This document shows, one piece after another, positions 1-11,326 of a stretch of 64,000 nt of DNA. Source of the stretch: Ylistrum balloti (taxonomy: Eukaryota). Positions within the stretch are counted from its first letter, which is position 1, and every line of letters starts with the position of its first letter. Position numbers and translations under genes: made by a program. The notes under the pieces were generated by a model. The model was not told the DNA's origin. It made no database searches and saw only the letters and a list, made by a program, of their open reading frames with translations. Location of the stretch: positions 1,116,001 through 1,180,000 of the forward strand of contig NW_026782328.1 of NCBI RefSeq assembly GCF_031769215.1. Reading direction: 5' to 3'.

Positions 1-77
1 CGAGTGCCCGGACCAGAAATCGAACCCGGGTCTCCGGTGTGATAATCGACTGGCTGTACCAACTGAGTCAAAGGAGC
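1..77 (-). mobile_element. tRNA-derived SINE head or tRNA pseudogene (runs off the window start)
   Basis: Minus strand reads GCTCCTTTGACTCAGTTGGTACAG...CCGGGTTCGATTTCTGG: Pol III A-box-like (TGACTCAGTTGG) and B-box-like (GGTTCGATTTC) motifs with a pairable T-arm. Acceptor and anticodon stems pair poorly, so it is not called a functional tRNA. Confidence 0.6.
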
Positions 78-696
78 ATGTTCCACCTGGTAAGTCACAG
101 ATACCGTATTTGATATTATGTTCAATACACATTGACCCTCTCCTTATACAATGAAATCAGTATCTTCTGAGGCCTTATGCTGTAGCTGTAGTCAGAATAT
201 TTAAATACCCGAAATGTAGAATGCACGTAAACTCGCAGATTTACAGATGGGACAAGAGTTGTGGGATGCAATATTTTTTTCAATCGAATTGTGGGAAATC
301 AAAATCATGGAAATTCCGTTCATTTGTCACTAAAAACCATAAACGCTATTTTGTTACAATATGAAATATATGTGTAAAATAGGCATGTGCAGCTGTTGAC
401 AAAGCGTGCTGAGTATACTTTAACACTGTATACTCTATTAGATCTAATATTCAAATCTTAGTACAGCTGTATCACACAGATTCAAGCATTATTAGGGTTA
501 TACTGTATCTATTATTTTATTAGTACATAAAGGTTTTGTTCATTAATTATTAAATTATCAACAATTCATTAATGTATATCAAGTTATATGTAAGATGACG
601 AAGGATAAAGAGGAGAGTGAAGTACAATATTGAATGATGATGATACGCATGTCCATATAGTTGAAAAACAACAAGAAAATACAACATATAAGCATA

Positions 697-1150
697 ATCA
701 CAATCCAAATCATATTCAATAAAACTAGGACAAAATGTGAACAAAATGAAGATTTACATGGATACTCCTGAAAAAGTACAAGGAGAATAAGACCATGTGT
801 TCCGTAAAGAGTAAGCGTCTTCTGTTTTATCGACGACACGAACCGTATAAACCTTGGTCAATCCAAGTTAGTAATGTCACATGCTCAAATGAGAACAATG
901 CATACATCAACGGATTCAACATGCAAAGCAACGAGCATCAAATACGTCCAGCTTCATATCACACAAAGAAATAGAGTATTCATCAATGACATCACTATAT
1001 CGGCCGTAAAACTTCCCCATAAACTTCATCAACCTGCATCTTTTAAAATCCTGTGAGAAAAAACGACAATCCTACCAAGTGTATACCGCCGTAGCTTTGT
1101 CGTAGAAGTAACTGATAATCTAGATTTTATGATCGGTAATTCACGAAAAC
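697..1150 (-). mobile_element. Penelope-like retroelement (PLE) 3' fragment
   Basis: Minus strand encodes a degenerate RT C-terminus (..RLMKFMGKFYGRYSDVIDEY). It is followed by a ~150-nt tail (CAGAAGACGCTTACTC..GGAACAC..GTCTTATTCTC..GTAAATCTT..TTTTATTGAAT) that also occurs at ~29830-29975 and ~60215-60368. Confidence 0.65.
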
Positions 1151-2260
1151 TATGCGTTCTTGCATGTAAGTGTACGTATATTGATATCAGATAACACTTA
1201 TGATGGTACTTTTATCTACGTAGAGGAACCTAGTCAGAATATTATACATTGAGTCTTCTTGTTGGAACATCAATATCAACAAAATTAATGAGAAAAAAGA
1301 GTGTTTTTTTAAATGATATGCACATTGGGAAAAACTGAATTGATTTCATTTTGTATCATTCTTGTGTTTAACAAATAGTAAATGTTTTGAGTATTACAAA
1401 ATTACCTTTGATTTCTAGTTTACGTTTCCTACGATCACTTTTGATTCTCCTCAGTCGTCTCCTAGATTTCAACATTTTAAGCCCCAATGTTTGCGGTAAC
1501 CTCGCACACCTAAGTTTCCTTCATTTGAGTAGTATCACGGGTCGAAATTTACATATCACTTACCATCAAAATTTAAAACTGCCTTAAAAATGCGTCTTTC
1601 CAACCTATAATTTTGGCATTCATTATGACCACATTTGATTGATCTCAGACGTTTCTTGTGGTTTAAACACTTTAGGTTTTCTTCGTAAATTTCTCAGTCT
1701 TTTGATAACGAACTGTTTTCGGATGATATGGTGTTGATGGACGATCGGTAATGCACAATTATATTATCTAAGTACTTTGCGATCGGTGTACAAAGCATGG
1801 TTAGTTGTGTGACCAATGCAACATAGTGTGTGGACATCTTAATGAAATTAACAATATTCATACATATTCATAACATATGTATATATACTTTAGATATCTT
1901 GGTTACGTGGCATATCAACCAAGGAAAATGATATGTTTGTTATTGTAATACAACTAAAAAACGTTAAATATAAAAAGAGTAGTAGAAATGTGGGTATAAT
2001 TTGAAATAAATCAGTATCGTTTATGAAACTTGATGACATAATAAAAGTTACAAAAATAATAATTAAAAAAAGGGAAAAAAAATAACAAAATCATTTTGAA
2101 AAATAAATAACGCTACAAGTGTTTTTTATTAGAAACACGTGTCACGTAATACAAGACAAAGAACAACGTGTTAAATAACGTCATTTGATATATGTATGAT
2201 ATGTAAAACTACATTTTCCCAGAAGTATCATTTTACACTGTTTAAATTTAAATGTTAAGG

Positions 2261-2268
2261 TATATAAA
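2261..2268 (+). promoter_or_regulatory. Candidate TATA box of SLC6 paralog A
   Basis: AAGGTATATAAATGCATAGAACC is matched by AAGGTATAAAAGCACATAGAATC upstream of paralog B (TATAAAA 24605-24611). The surrounding upstream ~150 bp is also alignable. Confidence 0.5.
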
Positions 2269-2299
2269 TGCATAGAACCTTGCTTTTCTATGAAACAAA

Positions 2300-5200
2300 A
2301 TGGATTCAACGGCACAGGTTGCAGAGGAAGACAGAAGCAGTATTCAAAGCAGGACAAAATGGGGCAGTAAACTTCAGTTTCTTCTTTCAGTTCTTGGAAT
2401 GAGTGTAGGATTTGGGAATATCTGGAGATTTCCTTACGTGTGTATGAAAAATGGCGGAGGCAAGATTTTTATGAGTTTTGTAAAATAGAAAAAAAATGTG
2501 TAAATAATACTTAATTATGAATTAAAATACATAATAATGCGGACAACACTTAATCCTACTTGACAAAGCTACCGTCAAATGCGTTTTGTTACATTGTCGT
2601 CAGTGAAATATAGGAATATATCAGTTTATAAAAAAACTTAAATCATTATTGCTACAATAATAGTAATATGATAATAATATATCAGCGATAGAGATGCTAT
2701 AGCTTTTCGAGTGGCGATTAATATCAATCATAACGTTGTTTCTGGTCACTTTGAGAAATTCGCTGATCACATCTTTCCCACGCATAACTTCACTTATTTA
2801 GTATATAAAACATTTTATTATTGAACAGCATATCTACTTTTTACAATAATCTGTTTTCTTTTAAAATGTAATGAAAAGAAAGATTTCACGTTCAATATTA
2901 TATGTATATTTAATTATATTTCCCTTTATAACAGATTGTATCCGTATTTGCAATAAGCTTCGCACTCGTGAAAATATAGATGTATTCTGCCATATATTTA
3001 TCTTATCTATGGCATCCTTGATTGTTTTTTGACTTCACCAAAAACATCTTATTTCAGGAGCCTTCCTTATACCATACGTCCTTGCTGTACTCTTCATGGG
3101 AATTCCATTGTATTTCCTGGAGTTATCTCTCGGACAGTTCACCGGAAAGTCATTCAAAGATGTTTGGAGCTATTGTCCTGTAGTTCAAGGTAACGTTTCT
3201 TATTCAAAAGACAATTGAAATTTATCTAAAAAAGCCTCCTTTTTATCAACGTTGAAACAGTCGTTTCAGGTGCAATTTTATTTACATTATTCCAAGCGTT
3301 TAGTGTTGTTTGTGGTTATCAATCATTAGTTAAGGCTTCTTTATTTGTCCGGGATATATTCGACATGTCCGTGACGTTTTTAATTAGTTTCCTTCATCTA
3401 GTCCTTTAGCATTATTTTGTCACAGTGAAAAAGGTATAATGAAACTCAGTATTTAGGCAATTTTTTAATTTTATATCTGTTTACGTTTTAATATATTTTT
3501 TATCGATTTGTTAGTGCTAATATATACAGCGGATGTTACTGTATGCTTTCCTTTCATTTCAGCGGATATATATTACTTTTAAGTATTGAAATATGATTAT
3601 CAAGATATTATAATATTGTATCATATTCAATTCATACACAGTGGTATACAGTATACTTATCTCGAAGTATCAGATGACAAGGTATTATGTTATCTTGTGG
3701 TCATTATTTATAATGAATAGGCAAAGCCACACTCCGTGCATTCTGATATTAGTCCATTAAAAATATTCACAGTATTAATGCTGAATAAAGGGGAAAGAAA
3801 ATCCAACCTTGTATATTGGAATTTTCTCTTTTAAAACGGTAGACAACCTTACATACCGTACCTGAGTAGCCTTTCAGGCAATCAATTTTACATGAGCTTT
3901 GGCGATGGTACTATGTACAATGGTTTACCTTTGCTGCAATATAGCTTGTTATCTGTCTCTCGAAATATCAAACAGACTTTTCAACCCAGAGTATTAATGG
4001 AAGCCTGTTTTCATGTACCTGACAATCTTGTAAAGCACAAGAACCAGGACATTTGCATAATTAAAATATTTATTTTAGAATAAATTTCAATGCAATCATA
4101 TTCACAGAGTACACTGTCTTTCTCATTAATAAAAGAATAATTAGAAATGATTGTCTATCACTTTATGTCTTCTTCTCATTGGTTATCAAATATTATTAAC
4201 AGAAGTAGCAACCGTTTACCTAACGTTATAAGGGGGATAACTCTAACGAAAAATCATCACACATTCCCAGACCAGGTGAATATGAAGTGGAAAAAACAAT
4301 GGAAAATCGCTATTATATTGATTTAAAAGAGCTAAATATTTTACCATCCAATTCAGAGATCGAATTCGCGCCGTTAATGCATCGGGGTGATGACATTGCA
4401 TTTTATTTTTTTCTGTTTTAGGAATCGGCATTGGTTTCCAAATGACATTGGTATTTTTTACATGCTTTTACGTCATGTTGTTTGCCTGGACACTCTACTA
4501 TCTGTACTATAGTTTCTACAACCCGTTGCCATGGAGTACCTGTGACAACGAATGGAACACTCCATACTGTTTCAGCGCTACGGAAATGGAGTTGACAAAC
4601 TTTATCAACTTACATAAAAACGGGACTGAGGACAATTCTCATCACCAATTTATTAACGCCTGTCATAATACAAGTAACATCAGAACAACATATCCTGAAA
4701 CGTCGAAGATAACCGCTGTCAACCATCTGTGTAATTTGTCGTCATTTATCAATGAAAACACACTTAGCACGCTTAATGCCTCTCAAGTTCATATTTGGCA
4801 CGGTCACAGTGCGGCAGAGGAATTTTGGCAGTAAGTAAAAAACAAACGCATACGAATACATCATACGTTCACATATCTATTTTTCAATAAATATAGCAGA
4901 AGAAGAACGGGGTTCGCCTGTTCTAATTTGGTACATGGATGAAGATATTCGGCTTGGAAAAGTACTGCTGTTACTCATCTAGATTATGATCATTCAAATG
5001 TATAACATAAGTACAATTTGATACTGTAAACTGCGTTACGTCAGTTTTCTCGTCTGACTGTGCATACAGAACGTTACTTGGCTATTTACTAGACAGAATT
5101 AATACGACTTCCCATTACATATTGAAACAATAATAAGAAATAGAACCTTGAAGACGTTGCTGTTTTTCTACTTGGGAATTGCCTCTTCACTGTAAAAGAA

Positions 5201-8200
5201 CCTTTTGTTGTTTAGAAGTTTATTATTAATAATATAAATCATATTATTCTTTTCCCATACTCAGAAAAAAAGGAAAAAATCGACGTTGCTTTCGATAATA
5301 CAATAAAACCAGAATTTGTTTTTTCCACTCAATCAGAAATTAAATAATTCTGTACAATGATATATATTTAAGGTACAAAATACTTGACATATCATCAGGA
5401 CTTGATAACATAGGCTCTATAAACGGAAACGTAGTAGTATGCATGGCTGTGTCCTGGGCTCTGGTATGTCTCTGTGTCAGTAAAGGTATCCGGACATCTG
5501 GAAAGGTAACGTATTGATTAAACGGTATATGTAGTAGAGATCAATGCAAGGACTGATTGATAAGTTGTGAGCCTCATATTTTAGGGTTTGATTTTGAGAG
5601 GACATATTGCATTATTTTTCAACATATTCCCCTTCAGTATCTATACACTTATGTCAGCAGCGATGTTTAAGGGCCACGATGGCACTTTTAAGGTCCTTTG
5701 CATGGACGTTCAGAAAGTCCTCCGCCGCATGTATGACGTAATCACCAGACCGAAAGTGGGTACCAGAAATAGCATTTTCAAGTTTAGAAATAGATGAAAA
5801 TCTGATAGCGCAGGATCAGATGAATAAGGCAGATGCTCAGTTAATTCAAAGCTAATGCAGCCATGGCAATGACAGACTAGTAAACAGGAACATTGTCCTG
5901 GTGGAACAACACACCTTTAACAAGTTTTCCGCAGCTCTCAAGTTTAATAAGTTCTCTTAACAGCCTGAGAAGTAATGCATACTATGTTTCATTGACTGTA
6001 CATATTATCTTCCATTAGAATACCATCAGTATCCCAGAGAACCTTTACCCATAACCTTTCCAGGTAATGGAACAGACTTTGGGTTTTTTGGCGGGGTTGA
6101 ACCAGGTTGCTTCCATAGTTTAGACTATTCTTTGGCCTCTCGGGTTCAGATCAGCACGCGACAAAGTTTGTATGCGTTCTTTTGATCAACTCTCACAATT
6201 CTTGAGACCAAATTCGCTGAAAGCTTTCTTACTACAAGATCCTCCGTTAGAATTGAATGTACTCCTTAATGTGAAATCCCAGTTGTACTGGCTATATCTC
6301 TCTCTAAAACTTGCATGTCAGCCGCAACAATATAACGGAGCTTATTGACCAATTCCGGGGTTGCAACGTTATCCCAAAGTCTTTGGTTGCAACGACGGTT
6401 AAATTCTGCCACTCACCATTTCTCTGTAGCACACGAAGGGGCATCGTTCCCTAGTGTTTCTACCACATCAGTATGGATAACCGCAGGTGCCTGACTTTTG
6501 GTATGCAATTATTAAATCTCTTTTAAAGCTCTTTCAGCTCTTTTTGTCCATATTGCAACAGTCACTTGTCTTGTTCAATTTAGAGTATTACCTCTTTGGC
6601 ATAAACTGACTCAATGACACCAGTCTACTAATACACAACCTTAAATAGTCAGGAAATAGTAGAGCTGAAAAAGGACATCCCTGCTCAGCTTCTTCAATAC
6701 AAGGCTCACAGCTTCTCAATCAGCCCCGTAGTATGAATTTTTTTTCAATTGTTTAATAAACTATAAAGACAAAACAAACATGTAGTTGATATTAAATCTG
6801 GAGGGAAGATCCTCTGAGCCAGATAAATTCACCCTAAACTGATGTTGTGTTAAACAAAACGACATAAAATTTCACTGAATTGTATTTATGTTACAGGTGG
6901 TGTATGTAACAGCCACACTTCCGTATCTTCTTCTAAGCATCCTACTCGTTCACACTCTCACGTTACCGGGCTCGGTTGATGGAGTGATGTTTTTCGTAAG
7001 ACCTGATTTTAGCTCTCTTACAAACATCCAAGTGAGTTATTGTTTTTATTAACATCAAGTTGAAGTGGGCAATCAGTACGAGACACGTGGTTTACAATTC
7101 GTAAATACAACATGTAACATTCTCAAATTTCGAATGCGTTGATATAGACTTGCTTCTTTTCCAACTCGCTAAGAATTTTGTCATTTATTTCGACCAATTT
7201 TGAATTTGCTTATTAGCCTTATTTAATCCCGAAAAATCCCTGATGAGTGTTAGAAAGACGAAATAGCTGTATTGAAGTAGGATTAATTGTTTAGATATAC
7301 GGAATCTGATATTCAATTTACAATATAAACTAACATTCCTTTGTGCGTCTTTCATGCAGTTATTTTTTCCTTTTTCTTACTTTCTTGTTGGTCAGGAAAA
7401 CAACACATATGCTACAAACAATATATAGAGCTCTTTAATCAGTGTTGTTACTGATAAATCTGCTTTGTATTTTTAATTGAAAACGTCATTGTGTGTCACC
7501 TATAACCCAATATAAACATTGAACGACGCGTAGTTAACTTTTCAGGTAATTTATAGGTCTGGTTAGACGCCGGAATCCAAGTTTTCTTTTCCTTCGCGCT
7601 TGGAGGAGGAGTGATAATTACACTTTCCAGTTTCAACACCTTTTACAATGACTGTCTGAGGTAAACGTTTAATGACTAACAAACGCCAAATTAAAGATTA
7701 GTTAGCTGCCTTATTCTTCAGAAATGACTACATGTTGCCGTATATTTCGTAGATTTTACTAGATTTCAGGATATTTAGTGTCATATTACTTTGAAAGTAG
7801 TGAGCGAATCAATCAAAGCGTTGATATGATTTTCTTATAAGATTTTTCATTGCCTTTCATAGATGGTGAAGTTACATATTGTGTAAGACCTATTCTACAT
7901 CAAATATTTGAATTCGAAGACATATAATTTATGAAGTTATGGAGACTTATTACCTCTCCTAGATTTCAAAAAGTGCCTGAATTTACAAAGATATAGATGA
8001 GCTTATGCATATTGATTCTATCACAATCTGAATCGTGAGACTAAATAATGACGGTGGTATATGCCATGTATTTTAGGGACGCATATATTCTCACAATTGC
8101 CAGTGAGGCTACCAGTGTGTTTGGTGGATTTATTATATTTTCTGCATTCGGTTTTATGGCCCATCAAGCAAATGTGCCCATTACAGAAGTTGCAAAATCC

Positions 8201-11200
8201 GGTAAGTGTCAGTAGTTGATATTCCAAGAATACCTAAAGCACTTATTGTCATTTATTTAAACTAGAGGATTAAGATATATATATATCTATATATTATATT
8301 CAATATTGAAATAAATGTTTTTTGTGGTATTCTATTATCATACATCTAAAATATTATTTAGATGATAATTTCATGTATAATATCTATTTACGCTAAACAT
8401 ATAGATTGAGAATGACAATTTACTTTTCCATTCTGTAGGTCCAGGCTTAGGTTTTGTGGCCTACCCCTTGGCTGTTTCACAGATGCCTTTGTCCAACGTC
8501 TGGGCAGTATTGTTTTTTATGACTATGGTAACACTTGGATTGGACAGCATGGTAACATATTCGTAGCAATATTGTCATTATTGTTTAAAACGTAAACCAA
8601 GATTAGGATCGATGCATATTTATCTATATGGTGTCGTTGCCTAATGGTCACTTTTCTGTTAAACTGCTTTTTACCCAAAATTCAAACCAAGAAGAATGAA
8701 TATCTCACTGAAATCATGAAATGGACAATGGTTTGTTATATATATTTTTGTTTATTTTTTTATTTTCATCTGACAACGAAAATTGAGGACAAAACTCATT
8801 TCAAATAACAACTTTTATAGTAGGTGATCCTTTCAACAGAGCAGCATCTGAAATCGTCTTCATTCATTATTTTGAATTATGTTAATACTTCTGTTTATGA
8901 TATACGATAGATTTATACAGAGGTATATCAACCTTATTGTTAATTATTTTTCAGTTTGGACTTGTTGAAGCTGAATTTGACTATTTTGAAGCTTGCTTCT
9001 CTTTCATGAAAAAGAGACAAACAATATCAAGAATAGTTCTCTCGTCGATATGCGTCTTAATATCGCTACCTTTCTGTACCCAGGTAAGATTATATAGTAG
9101 TTAATTTTATTCGTTATGATCATTTCCGGAAGAACGTAAGATAAAGCATCGTCTCTGATAATATGCGTTTTGCCAATGTGATACAGAGGTTATTTGAAAG
9201 GTGATATCAGAGCTGGAACTGATGTACAGGTTTTGGCATATCAGGGCTTACAACTAGTTATTGATCTTGTGGATATCACGTCATCGGAGTATGATTTGTA
9301 CTATCAAATCTGCCGATACATAATTGAATCCTGCATGATGTTGACATTCTCTATGACAAACGCAGAACATTTATATGCTTTAAAACAAAATTTATTATAC
9401 ATAGCAATGAGAAAATAATACAAACCAGTTGTATCAAACACGTTAATTCGTTATTCTATTCTAGGTATAGATTGATATGAATTGATAAACAATAACTGAT
9501 GATTTTACCTAATTTTCTTTCCAGGGTGGCGTGTATCTTTTCCAGCTGGCTGACTGGTATGTCTATGCCTTTGCTCCAATGTTCTTTACATTAATAGAGT
9601 GCATCACGGTAGCCTGGATTTACGGTACGTTTTTCGTATTTGGGAGACGATATTATGTCTCGAAAGGCGTTGCTGTAAATTATTTTACCGTCAAACTGAA
9701 AAAATTCATAAACAACTTCCCAGGAAAACGTGTTCATTTACAGATAAAATGACTTATGACAAGCTGTATAGTAGTAGTATCTGTAGTGCAAAATAATGAT
9801 GATAATAATAATAAACTATCCCGATTTAGTAGGAGGTTAAAGTTTGAAAGTTTGAAAAATACCATGATCGTAAAATCAAAAGCAGAACTATAAACACTAA
9901 ATGAGTAACGCTCAGTTTTGACAGCATTTGCAATATTTCAACGTTTGGCTGTCTTTGTTGTATTAAACAGTTATTTTTCTGGACATATTGTTATCATTTT
10001 TATACGAATATACAAACAGCAGATTTAAATGAATATACACGTGACGTTACTCGATGATCTCCTTACCAGGTGCTGAGAGGTTCTCTGCGGACGTGGAATT
10101 GATGATCGGAAGAAGAGTACCTGGATATATCAAGTTTTGTTGGCGTTTTCTTTCTCCTCTTCTCTTAGTTGTACGCCATTTTTATTAATCTTTATTTGTA
10201 AATAATAAAATTCTCAAGGTAATCTAAAGGCACTTTGCATCATACCAAGATATATATTCTAAAAGTATCCATTCAATAAGGTAACAAATTACACAAAGCG
10301 CAGCTAATTTTGCATGTTGGTAATATATATTGGACACAAATTGTTACGGATCATATATGATCTTGATTATCAGACACTTTATTCATGAAATTTGGTATGT
10401 TTTACAACATAGATAATAAAACATACATCATGTATATTCAACTGCCATTCAATCACCGTAAATGTCATAACTAACCGTCAATTTTTGTGCATGAAGGTAA
10501 TGATGACAGCGGTGTTTGTATCATACGTGCCACCTACATATGGAAAGTATGTATACCCTGAATGGGTCTCTGGAGCAGGCTGGATATACGCCACCCTACC
10601 TGTGTTACCGTTTATAGCCGTTGGTTTGAAAGTCGTGTACGAATCTCCTGGAAAAACAGCTTTTCAAGTATGATTGTTATCTGTTGACAAATTTATATCG
10701 TTGATTATTAAAGATTAAACAAGGAATTTGAAAATGTCGAATATACATATACATAGTATCTTCAATGAGTTTTCATTTTAAATGAGATCTTGTGAAATGA
10801 GTCTTTAAAGTTATTTCGCGAGCCTTTGATTGGAAAACAACGTTTGTAGGAAATGTAAATGAAAACGTTAATATGTTTTTTTCTATGACATTTATTGTTG
10901 TTATAATGATAAAGCTTTGCAGGCAAACAGCATATTATGCACTATAATTGAACGACCTCAACTTTTTTTGGCAATTTGATATCAGATCGTTACACATCGG
11001 GGTATTTCTAATGAATGCTTTAGGTCGCAATTATGCATCATAAGATAAAACCTCAGCAAGCTAGAGTAGATGACATTCTAGGATTGGAAACAAAATATCA
11101 GATGACAAATCAGTACTTGTCAAATTATAAAATGAATACTTATATTCTGTTACAGAAACTACGTCGGTCAACGAATCCAACACCAGACTGGAAACCAGCA

Positions 11201-11326
11201 GAAAACGAAGTCGATTATAGGGTCATCCTAAGTGAGGAACAAGGGAACTTCAGACAACGGCTTCTCGCGAACCTCGGTTGCTTTTCCAGTAAGCAGACAT
11301 ATCTAGACAACCATACCTTCGTGTAA
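2300..11326 (+). CDS. SLC6 family Na+/Cl- dependent amino-acid/neurotransmitter transporter, paralog A (13 coding exons, 660 aa)
   Basis: Exons 2300-2459, 3058-3189, 4422-4830, 5373-5505, 6897-7031, 7557-7660, 8077-8201, 8439-8551, 8955-9083, 9525-9624, 10070-10170, 10497-10667, 11156-11326. They sum to 1983 nt with consistent phases and no internal stop. Motifs: R-x-x-[75 protein letters not shown]. Intron 1 uses a GC donor. Confidence 0.95.
5584..6728 (-). mobile_element. Degenerate mariner (Tc1/mariner) transposon in SLC6-A intron 4
   Basis: Minus-strand remnants: [21 protein letters not shown] (HTH region), [24 protein letters not shown]-terminus [15 protein letters not shown]-flanked TIR CGGGGCTGATTGAGAAG ends at 6728; the opposite TIR is degenerate near 5584. 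Multiple stops and frameshifts. Confidence 0.8.
7235..7284 (+). ncRNA. Degenerate type I hammerhead ribozyme-like motif in SLC6-A intron 5
   Basis: AATCC-CTGATGA-GTGTTAGAAAGAC-GAAA-TAGCTGTATTGAA-GTA-GGATT. Core boxes are intact, stem I AATCC/GGATT is perfect, stem II has one mismatch and stem III pairs poorly. Confidence 0.4.

Noticed and set aside
3-77. Functional tRNA gene
   Set aside because: Acceptor, D and anticodon stems do not pair properly; kept only as a SINE head or pseudogene.
1380-1800. Possible Tc1-like transposase relic
   Set aside because: Only vague resemblance and no diagnostic motif or TIR was identified.
7541-7556. Recursive-splice-like CAG|GTAAT motif before SLC6-A exon 6
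   Set aside because: Only 11 nt from the true acceptor and not conserved in paralog B; using it as an acceptor would shift the frame.
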